Assembly: GCA_036172245.1 (NCBI GenBank)
Contig: JAYWIR010000055.1
Coordinates: 682,001 to 746,000, forward strand
Length of the DNA: 64,000 nucleotides
Reading direction: 5' to 3'
DNA from: Raillietiella orientalis
Lineage: Eukaryota
Part shown: positions 51,793-64,000 of the stretch, piece after piece
How the letters are laid out: every line of letters begins with the position of its first letter
How positions within the stretch are numbered: the stretch's first letter is position 1
The notes under the pieces: generated by a model
What the model was told of the DNA's origin: nothing
The model's database searches: none
Seen by the model: the letters and a program-made list of their open reading frames with translations, nothing else
Program-made: the position numbers and the translations under genes

Positions 51793-54751
51793 GCCTCACT
51801 GATTTCCGTTTTTTAAAAATCCTGCTGCCAATCCGCGTGATTTCCGGATCGTAAGCTTCTTTCGTAATGGTTTGCCCCGTTTCTTTCGAGTTGAATCGAA
51901 TCGAATCCGAGATGGAGGCTGAAATCAGGGTCGGCGGTTTCTCGCCTCAGACGAGCGAGAGAGCCTGTCAGATTGATTGCAGCTCCTTGTGGCGGTGACG
52001 CGTTCGTGTCAAGAGCTTCTTAGGGAAGCTTCTCAGCCATCTTCATCTCACGAGCGCCTCAGGTTTCGTTTTGAATGGCCACTCTCTCGAGTCGCGTCCT
52101 CGTCGGGCCGAGGAAATCACAAGAAAGAAAGAAGAGCACAAGAGTGCCCGCGTTGCTGCCTTGACCTTTGCTACCCGTGATGGAAATCCTGGTGAGTGTA
52201 ACGAGCAGGGCTTTCTCGATGCAGTCGTGCCGTAGATTCCTTGTGTTCCTTCCAAACCGTTATTGAATTTCCCGTTGAGTAATAGTAGACGGCCCCCAAA
52301 AAACAAGAAAAACGCATTTTGTCACAGTCGAATTTCAATCGCAGTGTGCAAAAAGACTTCTTCAGGTCGACCACTCTCAGCGGCATCGCGCTTTTCCAAC
52401 AAGCGTCGCCGAGGTCTTTCCTTTGCCGGAGCTGTCTTCGACGCGTCACCAAGTTTCGGATTCGTTTGCATTGGTTTCCAAAGGGTTCGCCACCGTCTCT
52501 GCATCTTTTTGTGTGCCCGAGGCGTTCTCGTCCTTGGCTAGTCGTTCAGAGTTTTTTTGGTTTCCACCGTGAAAGCCGACGTTTCGTGCCATGTTGCTGC
52601 AGTGGGCGAGTAAGCAAGGCAGGGGTGGGGGGTGGGGGTCCCCTGTATGCTCCTGCCGCGGTGGTCGTGCGGTTCCCCCTTTCTAGCCACTGCATGTGGG
52701 TGGGGCAGTGGAAACCGAGCTTTCCTCCAACCATCAAGAAAGCGTATCTGAACCTTCTCGTAGCATTCGGGTAAAACTGCTGAACAGCCCCTTGGATGTT
52801 TCGCCTCTCTGTGGCGTGATCGGCAAAGTCGAAGTGTTTTCTCGCGTACTTTCTTGCTCAAGTTTTCGCATAGGGAGGATTTCGGACAGTACTTTTTGCC
52901 GCCATTTTTGTTGGTGCAGCCTTCAAGGAGTTCCTTCCGGTATTCTGCCTCGTGGCCTGCCTCGTCGTCATCTTTTTCCCTCTCCCATTTATGAGGTTCC
53001 CGCTTTGCGAAGCGTACTCAAGTATTCCCCGCTGGTACTCAGAAAGAGATGTGGATTCTCGTCGGCGCGTGTTCTTTGTGACCATCTTCCTCCGTCTGTG
53101 GAATTCCTTCAAATCACACGCGTTTTGGTTTCACATCTTCGAAAGAGATGGGGATCTTTCTTTGATCCGCGTTGAGCATTCGGCAGCAACGCCGCTTCGA
53201 TTCTCTTCAAGCCGTAGGAACGTTCTGGAAGCACCACCTCCTTCGAAAAGCATTCCTGGCTTGTTTTTCCCCCTTTCGGCATTCCCGGTTTGCTCCACGC
53301 GACCTTGCCGTTGTCTTCCCCGATGCTGCCGGCGCAGCATCCGAATGATTCTCACCGGTCGTGCACCGAGCGTATTGCATGCCCCTTATTGATTTCCAGG
53401 TTGACGAATGATTAGGGAAACACCGAGAGTGTCGATGCGAAGAGAGCCGTGCTCCGGATCCGGGATGCGTTGCCAGGTGATTTCCGTTGTGGTGCGTCGA
53501 CGTACATTGCAGAGAACCGCAATGACGACCAGCTTGCAGCGGAAGTGAAGCTAATTGATGATGTGCACCGAGCTGCAAATTTCATGTGGCAAATTAGTGC
53601 ATTGCAGTCCGGCAATAAGTCAGATCCATCGATCAGTGCATCCGTGTCCAGCGGGATGTCGTGCCCTTCGGATACGTTTTTCGAATTGCGGATTTGCGAC
53701 TGCGCTTCCCTAACGAATGCGTAAAAAAAAATCGTTCTCCCCCATCCTTATTCATAAATGGGCTGGCAAGTCGACTTTCCGACAGTTGTCGAGTCGTCAC
53801 TCGAAAGCACTCTGCGATCCCCGCATGCACCGAGGATTGTGCAACAAAGTAATTCATTCTTTTCCTTGCCGAGAAGCCGTACTGAACGTGCGCAGCCGGT
53901 CGATCTTCCGTGTACACCTTCTATCGCGTTGGTTCGCGCGCGCCACGTCCGTCTTTCTCCTCGTACACTGGAATCCCGTAAAAATGATGGCCTTTAGGGT
54001 CCCCGCAGACGTGGCGAAAGTTCGCTTACATCGCTGTTTGTTTGTCTTTGTCTGGAGTGGTCGAAACGCACGGATGTGGGGCGCGGAGTTTGGAGTGGCA
54101 GCGCCCACCGCGAGATTGAAATTCTGCGATGGACCGCAGAAATCGAAGAATGCACGCGGCAGATCAATAAAACAGCAGAAGAAAACGGATGGAATTCAGG
54201 CGGTTGGTCCATTCGGAGGATCGATCTTTCCGAAGTCGGCGTTTGCTCGCATTCCCATCATCTCGCAGCAGGGGGTATCGAGAGGAACCGAGCAGTTAAT
54301 CAGCCGTTCCTCCGCGGGACGCATCCGCCCGACATTGCAGCGAGTTCCCTCTTATGCCGGTGGCCAGGCCGACCCCTCCACCTCCCTTTCGGTGGATCGC
54401 ACTTCTCTGGAAGACGTCGTGCGCTTCCAGCGGATGCCGCGTGCGGAACTGAATTCCGACCGGGTCGGTCGGCACGTTCGCTTCTGAAGTTCATTTCGAG
54501 AGATGCGAAAGACGTTGCGTGGCATAAATTTGGGAAGCTGTGCAGAGGGAAAAGTGGTGGTGGAAGCACGGCGAAACCGAGCGGCGACACGTCTCTCGTA
54601 GCCGCGAACGCCTCCGGAATTCAGCTTCTTCCGCTCTTCTTCGAGAGAGCTGAGTTCTCGAGGTGACCATCCCATCCTTTGTAAGCAAAAAAGAAAGAAA
54701 GAAGCAGTCCTATTCATAATTTGTTAATGTGTGTTTTTCCCTTTTTTCCAG

Positions 54752-54848
54752 AATCTCATGGATGATCTGAATATATGTACATATATGGTATACTCTGCGT
54801 GCTGATGACAGTTTGTTCACACTTTTCCGAGTTTTACTAGAGGATCTG
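54752..54848 (+). other. Candidate non-coding 5'UTR exon of neuroglian (97 nt)
   Basis: Strong acceptor tttttcccttttttccag and consensus donor CTG|GTAAGT. The first coding exon of neuroglian also begins at an acceptor (tattag, 59616), so upstream exons are expected. Confidence 0.45.
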
Positions 54849-57800
54849 GTAAGTCAGTTTGGCGATCAGCTGCCGTACCCCGTCGTTTTTTCCCGGAAGC
54901 GTGCGCAGACTGAAGTCATCGCCGGATTCGTGCGCGTGGGAGGGGCGCACTTTTGGGGCGCAGTTTCCGGTCCGACGATGCAGCGGATGCCCCCTCTCCG
55001 CCCACGGGGGGCACCCCCCCCCCACCCTTCCCATTCAGAAGAACTTTCGCTCTCGCGCGAGCTCCCCTTTACGGCAGCCGTCGGTCCGTCACCGTGGGAG
55101 TCCGCAGACGTCGGCAGCTTTTCCGTGCGTTTCGTCATCATCGTCGGTCTAATGAATCGGCCCGTTTCCGCCCCGCATTTCAATCTCATCCCCAACCCGC
55201 TTGACCCGTACTCTTAATAAGAATCTGCAGTTCGTTCTCTTGTGTATTTTTTTTTCTTTTTTCTTTTCTCTTCTTTTGCCCCCGCCTCGCCTTTTGCGAT
55301 GTCTTTCTTCTTCTCTGCATTCGAGTGCCTTCTTGTGCATCTTGTTTGCATTCAGAGCAAGTGGCCCCGAAATCGTTGTTTCATCATTTCCTATCATTCG
55401 ACAGGTCGGTTTCACCCTTTTCTGCGTTTTCTTGGAATTTGAATTCCGTTTCCTGTGCGTATTCGTCCGCGCGCTTTCCGTAATGGGTAAGGCTGGGCAC
55501 TCGCGTAGGTCACTTGGCTTCTCGCGCTTCGTTTCCTGGAAACGCGATTCCGATCCGCTTGGGATCGTCTGCCGATCGGGCAGCCCATCTTCGCCGTCGA
55601 TCTCAGGACGTCAAATTTTTAGGTTGTCAGGAATTTGTGTGGTCATCAGGATGTGGACCGTGGTTTTATTTGTCCACCTGTCGGCGCATTCGTGGCTTTC
55701 GTATTCCTCTTTCCGACAGATACGTAATGATGACCGTGACTCTTCGCTTGCAGTTGCCAAATGAGGATTTTCTCGAAAGCTCTTGACACTGTAGTTTTTC
55801 GGGAAGCATTTACGCTCTCCCATAAATCCCGTCCCTTCCCCCCAGTGTTTCCCTGTGTCCATAAAATATAAGTGTCCTTTGTGTCAGTACCAAGTGCACA
55901 GCACCGTCTCCACCCAATCTGACCGTGCTGTTTGTGGCAGCCCTTCCTTCCAGTTTTGCACACCGTCAGAGCCGATTCGAGTTTTATGTATTCATTTCGT
56001 TTTCGAGTTTCATCATTTCCCCCCATTCCCGAGAGCTCTCTGCTTTCCATTTCGCATTGCATTGCACGCATTCTAACCAACCTTTGGAGGTCTGCTACAG
56101 TGCGACATCGTTTGCGGATCGGCGATTGCTGATGCATGCAGGGCTGATGTTTTTAAAACTCGCAACGAAATCGCAGAAACTAAATTGAAAAAAAAAAAAA
56201 AAAGATAAAATAAATGAGTAGTACGTCACTCAGCCGAAGATGCGAACGGTGTTTCTTTTTCTTCCTCCCCCCCCCCCCCCCCCAATACCTTGCGGAGATG
56301 CATATCACGAGAGCCACTGTTAAGGCGCGGTCCGTCTCCATCGAATCGCAGTGTTCTTCGGTGGTGTCAGACCGAAGGGTCAGGCCTCCTGGCGTGTTGC
56401 CTTGCAATGCTGCTTGCGTCTTCCCGTGTTTCCTTCGTGTGCGCGGAATGGAATTGCGGGGACAGGTGGTGGTGCCTGTTGTACACGCACGAGGAGCAGC
56501 GTACAGAGCTTCCCGAAGCAGCTGCAAACAACTCGGGTGTTTCGGAAACACCGAGAACCGAACCGGAAGTCGGCAATCCCGAAAACACGTCCTCTTGACG
56601 AAAACGTGGGCCATTCGTCCCCCCTCGCGATTTTCCCCTTACCTTTGGCGCAGTAAGTGCTGTTCAATGAAAGAGATGCTTTTTACTATTCTCCCTCGAT
56701 CACTGCTCTTTATTCACTCCTTAGTCATTTCGATGGGTTCAATCGCTGTGTTTTTCAGACGTTTCAGCGTTTGTGTCTAAATATGCAATTGACGAATGTG
56801 TATACCCGGAGAGTCACTTCGGTAATTTTTTGCCTGCACTTTATTAGTAGAAAGATACGAATGTCAGTTGCTGTGAATGAAAATGTGAGGGTTTTTTCTT
56901 TTTTCTGTAAGTTTTTGTTTTATCAGCATTGTGTCATGAACTGTAGGATTTTTGGACATTTAGATCCATTCGTTGCTTTTGGCTCATGTTGTGGAACTCT
57001 GAGGTCCGTCTCCACCTGCTAAAGAAATCATCAGATCTCGGACGGTCTCTTTCGTCGTTCCGTCATTTGGGTCCACATTTTCGTGTAGTAGGTTTCGGAC
57101 CAACCCGTGTTTTTAAACGGCAAGCCAAGTTTCCCTCAGGTGTGCATCTCCGAGAGCCCTCTTTAGTCGTTTCCTTTATCTTATTTTATTCCCGGATCTG
57201 TCCTTCGGAACCCGGAAGTCTCCGCTGTGTTTTCTTGCGAATCGTTCTCGTTCACCGAGGAGGAAAAGAAACAGAAATACACCAACAAGGCGCGGTTTCT
57301 TGTTGGTGTCTTAAAGACAACTCCTTCACTCATTATTTTTGGAGTCGTTAGCATTCGCTTTATTTTTAGTTCTTCCCTCAGTTGCCCCCTTGTTCTTCCG
57401 TGGCAGCGCCTGGGCCGTTGCTTCGCTCCCCGTCCCTTGCTGAAGCGGTGGCGTTCTCCCCTCCTGCCCGTCCAGACTATGTAAACAAATCGTCAACCCC
57501 CTTCGTGTTTGGAAGAACGGTCTTTACGTCGTTCTCCCACGTCTCGGAACGAGTCGCAAATCGTGCGTTTGGCCTTTCCCTCGAAACGTTTCATCAGGTC
57601 ATCCATCCATCCTGGATTCAATCAGGCAGCGAGAATCCCCTCGTTGTTTCAGGAGGCGCTTTTTCTCCCCCAAGTATGAGTGCCCCCCTCCTATCGCCCC
57701 CTTCTTTCCGCAAGCGGAGACTGCATTACTCGCCGTTCTCGTGTTTTCTATCCGCTCATACACAAAATTCATCGTACAGTGTAGTACTTCTTTCCTTCGT

Positions 57801-59626
57801 TCCGTGTAAAATGGAGTGCATCCGCGAAACCCGGATCACAAAACAGGGTTTTTTTGACTAAGCTCCAGCATCTCATTCGAAGAGTGATGCAGGGGATTAC
57901 GGTTGGGGAGACCGCACTCCCAGGCTCCGATTCCGAGCTTCAAATAGCATGCGAGCTCTCCAGGCCATCCGTAGTGAGTACCACGACGAGGAAGTATCAG
58001 CTATCACGACCAGTTGGAGTATACGGTTCCTGTTTACTTCCTGTTTATGGTTTATGAGTCCTACTTCGGATTGACTAATCGACCCATCCCCCCCTCCCCC
58101 CCCCAACGAATAGTCTCCAGAGCGTTAACGGGAAGCAGTAATTGGGTTTCCGTAATCCCAAGGATGCATAAACGCAGCGGAGCAGTCAGCTGCCCTTGGT
58201 GTTCCTTCTTCGACACTTAGTATGACGAATTGCGTATTTCGTGGTAAACGGGAATGACGTGATGGGAAATCGTTTCCTCGTGGAGCGTATGAGTAGAATG
58301 CGTCATCATCTCCTGGACCTGAGGAAACCTATTCAGCATCGGAACGTTTCGAGTTCTCCTCTTTTTTCTTCGAAAAGTCCCCTTCATCCGTGTCGTTCGC
58401 CGCCAGAAACACGGAGAAGCGTACCACCGGGCTTTTTTTTTTTCTTTTTTTCTTTTCTTTTCTTTTCTTTTTTGGCCACTCTTTGGAGTTCGTCAGTCTC
58501 GTCTCTCTGCTTCTGGACGTGTCGCTCCCCATTTGTCTTTTTTCTTTCTTTTTTTTTCTTTTACCACGCTCCGTTCACTGTGTTAGCGGCGGGAATGCCG
58601 CCCCCGTCGGTGCAGTGGGTGCTGCTCTTTTCGCCCTTGGAGGTTCCAATTGCTGCCCCCCCCGACACGACAAACACGAAATTGTCAATAAAGAAACCCT
58701 GGAGCATCATCGGTTTGCTTTCTCTTTCCCGGTTTCCCCCGGTCTTTAATACGTTTCGAGGCTCCGCCATCAAGCCAAGTACCCCCCAGACTTGCGTTGC
58801 GATTGCCCTCCGAATTTCCGATGCAGTCGACGTGGGCATGGAGACCTGTTCCCGGTTTCATATCCCCCCCCCCCCCCCCCATCTTGTGGAGTAATTCTGA
58901 CGACGGTCATCGTCAGAATCGCATAGGAGTAACGTGCGGAAATTTGCAAACGAATCATTCAGAATTAAAAACACTCCCATACACTCAAGTGGGATCGTTC
59001 CTCTAATTAACGACACGTTGGAGAGACGGATTCATCTAATGGATTCATGAAGTGAATTGACGTTGATTCGTATTCAGTCATTCTGGCCAATGGATAAGCA
59101 AAAACACAGTTGTTGCACAGGAGAAACGGAAATGTGTTTGCGGACACCACTTCAAGAATTCACAACATTTGAAACTGAATTGCTAAGGATCGCTTGCTGA
59201 TGTTTTTAACGTATTAATAGGACTTGGTTTTCACAAAGGAACAGGATGCCATCGTACATTCATGGGGTTGTGACATGTGTGAAAGAAAGGGAGTAAAATC
59301 CAGTTTGTTGCTCACTGATGTTCCACCTTGTTGGAACTGAAACAGCGGTATGCACGCATTTCAAGTGTATGCACATAGCGTAAAAAAAAACAAAAACAAA
59401 AAATTCTAAAGCTCAGAAAGCCTTGCTGATAAATCCTTGTTAGTGAAAAGTATACTTCTGTGTCTTATGTATAAAAAAGTATTACATTCATAAGTGTATC
59501 CATAAATTAGCAGCTGCCGGTTTTAATTTTCCTGCATTGAAAATTGTGTGTGTGTGTGTTTTTCTTAATATGATTAAACGTAATTTCCTAACTGATATGT
59601 TGTTTTCCATTATTAGCTTTTGACAA

Positions 59627-62600
59627 ATGTGCTACATCAGCATCAACAGGCTGTTGATTGTATTGCAATTTTCGATTGCTCAACTAGTACCAGTAAGCTC
59701 TCTAAGTAAGTCTCTTTATTATTAGTACATTATCAGAATTTCAGTCCAAGTTTTTCCATATCATTTCGTTATTTCTGATGTAATTTCATTATGAATGTAT
59801 TTGTCTTGTAGTGAAGAATTGAAAGCATTCATGTTTTCTGCGTTTTCTTCCCAATTTTTTTAATTGAGGTATGCAATGAAATTTTAGTTCAGTCTCCACC
59901 TTATATGATAAAGCAATCTGTACCTGATGAATTGTTATTCCAAGTGAAAACGCGCCAGGATGAAAATGAAAAACCGTTCACCATTGAATGTGAGGCTGGA
60001 GGAGAACCTGAGCCCAAGTAATTGCACATGTGAATCATGTTGTCCAAAACGTGTCGGCTGTTGTACATACATATCTCTAGGTATCGATGGCAAAAGAACG
60101 GAAAGCCCTTCATTTGGCAAACGTACGACAATCGTATTTCACAACAGCCAGGGAGGGGAACACTCGTCATAACTTCTCCTCGTGATGAAGACATAGGTGC
60201 GTAGTAGTGTTGATTTGGTGCCTACGATTGCTTGCAGGTTATTACCAGTGTTTTGCAACAAATGAGTGGGGCACATCCATGTCCAATTCTGTTCACGTTC
60301 GTAAATCGGATATAAGTTCCTTCAAAGATGAACCACAGACAACCGAACACGTAATGGAAGGTCTACCATTCAGTCTCAAATGCCAGCCTCCAGATGGATA
60401 TCCTAAACCAGAAGTGTATTGGTGGATAGTGGTATGACCAACAGCTAGTTCTGCAGGGGTATTCAGTGTTTGTCCAGAAAGCAGATGGCACACTCGGTAC
60501 CATCAATTCCTCACGCATGACTGTAGATCCAGAAGGCACCCTGTGGTTTAACAATGTTACGCGACAAGATGCAACAACTGATTTTCTTTATACATGTAGT
60601 GCTACCTCTCCTTTTCGCAGTGAATACAAAATAGGCAGTAAAGTGGAACTAAAAGTTCAGACCACAGGTAGTCTTTCAAGTCACAACAAATATCCACCCA
60701 CCGAACAGTATGTTAGTCGGAAAAATTTTGTTGCAAGAAGAGGTGAGAAAGCAGAACTGTGGTGCATATATGGTGGAACGTAAGTTGGAGATACTAATTT
60801 GAATGACGCATTTCATTAATGTATTTACTTAGACCTTTGCCAGAAATTGTATGGAGTAAGAAGGGCGAAGGATTGGACTGGGATCATATTCAGCTAACCA
60901 ATTATGGGAAAACACTAGTCATAAATCCTGTAGATTTTCAGGATGAAGGCATTTACGAATGTGTTGCCAGTAATGGAGTTGGCATTCCTCAGAGTCATGC
61001 CATAAATATGCACGTGGAAGGTTAAACACAAATGATTATTGAATGATTATAGCAAAACCATACTTTCTTTTGACAGCAAAACCCTATTTTCTTAAAGAAC
61101 CAGAATCGGTACATGCATCGGAGGGAGAGCAGGCTGTCTTCACATGCGAAGCAAGTGGTATTCCAGAGCCAATTATTCAATGGTACCATAATGGCCAGCT
61201 ACTTTCTGAAGCCTCATCAAGATCCAGACACACACTGATTGAAGGAAAAATTGTTATCTCAAATATAGTCAAATCTGACACAGGAAACTATGCATGCAAT
61301 GCATCCAATTCTTTAGGCTACGCATTTAAAGATGTTTTCTTAAACGTACTTGGTAATAAGAACAGAAACAACAGTATATGTATATACCCTGGATAGCTCT
61401 TCCTCCTAAAATAAGCATACCTCCTGAAGATGTGCAAGCAGTGGATGGTCAGACTGTGCAACTTAAATGCGAAGTTTTTGGGGCACCTAAACCAGAAGTG
61501 CGATGGATACGTGATGGCCAAGAACTTACAGGCGGGCGCTACACAGTAGAAAGTACGGGTAGTTTGACTATAACGTAAGGAAGGAATCCCAAATAAGTGT
61601 AGCGAGTTTCAAACTGATTCAGGGAAGCAAGTTTCATAGACTCTGGAGAGTACACATGCCTGGCAAAAAATAAATTTGGAAATGAAAGTGCAAATGGAAC
61701 ACTGGTAATAAAAGGTAAGCAGGCTGTTGTGTGAACATATAGTGATGGCAGTGTTCTAGAGAGCACAAAGATTAAAAATGGACCTGAAGGTTACGAAGTT
61801 GCTGCTGGTGCCAGTGCTACATTTCGTTGTGTTGCATTAGCGGACCCCTCATTGCAACTTGAGATTGAGTGGTTGCACAAAGGAGAAATCATTGATTTCG
61901 ATCAGGAACCACGCTTCATGAAATCTTCTGATGCTTCTTTGACAATCACCAAGACTACCGAATTGGACTCTGGTATTTACACATGTGTGGCTCGAACTAT
62001 ACTGGATCAAGCTGAAGCATCTGCTACGCTTGTTGTTCAAGGTGGGGTGCCATGTCTTCAGCACTATGACTAGTTTTTTCCATTCCTTTAGATGTACCAA
62101 ATCCACCAAAGTTGATATCGGTTCAGTGTAATGACAAAGATGCTGTTGTTGAATGGGAACCCCAAGGAGACAATCGCGCTCCCATTTTGTATTACACAGT
62201 GCAGTATAATACAAGTTTCACAGCTGATTCTTGGGAAATAGCTTATGACAATGCCAATGCTACAGATCGCAGTGTTCGTGTTGGCATGAGTCCATGGGCA
62301 AATTATACCTTTAGAGTCATTGCTCGTAATAAAGTTGGTCCATCTGCTCCATCTCCACATTCTTCACCTGCATGTGAAACTCCAGGAGATGTTCCTTATA
62401 GCAATCCAGAAAACGTGGAAGGTAGAGGAACACGGCCTGATAACCTGCTCATATCGTGGACGGTAAAGAAAAAGTATGAGTTACGCATAAAGTTGATGTG
62501 AATGCAGCCTACTCCCGAAATCGAGCAAAATGGCCCAGGATTTCTTTATGTTGTGCACTGGATGCAGGACCAACCTGGAGAGGATTGGAATATTCACCAG

Positions 62601-64000
62601 ATCCGTGACTGGCGAGTGTCACAATATTTGGTGCCCAATCAGCCCACGTTCCAACGCTATCGTATTAAGATTACGGCTCAGAATAACTTTGGCCAATCTA
62701 ATGTAGCGGCCAAGGAAGTTATTGGTTATTCAGGAGAGGATGTACCTCTTGAGGCTCCAGCAAACTTCACACTCATTAATATCACAGATGCCACAACTGC
62801 AATTTTTTCGTGGGAACCTGTAGATCCTTCATCATTGCGAGGACATTTTAGGGGTTATAAGGTAAGCAGGTACCCAAATAAAGTTCATTCCTTCATTAGA
62901 TTTGTAGCTGCAAACATGGACAGACCAGAATGGTGAAGATAAAGTACAAGAAATGCGTGTCGAACCTGGTACTCACACAGTCACATTCAGGAAGCTTATT
63001 CCTTTTAGTGTGAACAAAGCTCATGTAATGGCATTTAATGGGCAGTACAGTGGTCCAGCAAGTAACGTTTTGACATTCACGACCCCTGAAGGAAGTAAGT
63101 TATTTTCCACTTAAACACCATATTCCAAAATTATTGCTAGGACCTGGACCTGTCGATGCATTTGAAGCATATCCAATGGGATCTTCAGCTTTATTATTAG
63201 TCTGGAAACGACCGCGTCAGCCTAATGGAGTGCTGATCGGTTACCGAATTTTTTATCAGTTTGTGCAAGATACACAACTGGGGCCGCTGATTGAGCGTTT
63301 TCCTGCTGTCCACAACCCTGATACTACTCGTGTTAAGTTAGCTGGATTGGCGCCTGGCACAAAGTATCGCATTACAATACGAGCTGCCACAAAGGTTGGA
63401 CAAGGAACCGAGTTGTTTATTGAGGAATCCACTCGTGCCCCGGATCCAATGCCTCCCGACAAACCTCATTTTACATTGGATCACATACCAGCAGAGGATG
63501 GCTTAGCAGCTGTCATAGTGCGCTGGATCCCACAGGGCGAGAATTTAGGATCTCACTTTTATGTTCAGTATCGCCCACGTGGCGAACCTATCTTTTTATC
63601 ATCTGAAGAAGAGATGAACGAGGATTATGTTATCATAAAAGGCTTAAATCCAGGATCGCTGTACGAATTTCGTGTTGTTGCTGTAGATGGTAATCACTCT
63701 ACAGAGAGTGACATAGAAGAATTTCAGACATGGGCTCCAGGTAACTGAAATAAACGCTACAATTCTGTGAAAATGCTTTACTTTCTCTCAGGAGGCAGTT
63801 TGTACGTGCAACAAGAAGACAATCTGGCTACTGCAGGATGGTTTGTTGGAATGCTCGTCGCGATCGCATTGCTATTGCTTGTTCTCATTCTGGTGTGCTT
63901 GATTAAAAGAAACCAAGGTGGGAAATATCATGTTTATGAACGAGAAGTTGCACAGGGTGGTGACGTGGAAAGCACGAAATGCGATGAATACAGTAAGCCG
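59627..64000 (+). CDS. Nrg: Neuroglian / L1-family cell adhesion molecule (signal peptide, 6 Ig, 5 FnIII, TM, start of cytoplasmic tail; 3' end beyond window)
   Basis: Fourteen introns: 59706-59887, 60018-60080, 60197-60237, 60432-60477, 60780-60832, 61021-61076, 61353-61396, 61575-61622, 61715-61759, 62042-62091, 62463-62507, 62862-62907, 63095-63140 and 63741-63791. Motifs: SPPYMIKQ..ELLFQV, QQPGRGTLVITSPRDED, RMTVDPEGTLWF, MSPWANYTFRVIARN, IGYSGEDVP, and ATAGWFVGML..VCLIKRNQGGKY. Confidence 0.96.

Overview
Eukaryotic genomic DNA, most likely from an arthropod, with very short GT-AG introns (most 41-63 nt). The species cannot be named from the sequence alone. The window is a compositional mosaic (by-eye estimates): very GC/CpG-rich at 1-21 kb, intermediate at 21-29.5 kb, AT-rich at 30-48.8 kb, CpG-rich and non-coding at 49-59 kb, and AT-rich again at 59-64 kb. 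Recognisable genes: two tandem GT92/DUF23 glycosyltransferases with intronless CDSs plus a decayed fragment of the first; a divergent DNAI4/WDR78-like axonemal dynein intermediate chain (-); DUS4L (+); FACT subunit SPT16 (-); and neuroglian (L1 family, +, running off the window end). There are two non-autonomous DNA transposons: a hAT MITE with a perfect 8-bp TSD and a pogo/Tigger-like MITE. I found no clearly new biological system. The best leads are: a CpG-depleted, hairpin-rich, ORF-less minus-strand unit at about 41.5-44.5 kb; an in-frame duplicated splice acceptor in neuroglian; a hidden last intron in SPT16 that changes its C-terminus; and a possible orphan multi-exon gene at about 29-30.5 kb. 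All exon structures were derived by hand.
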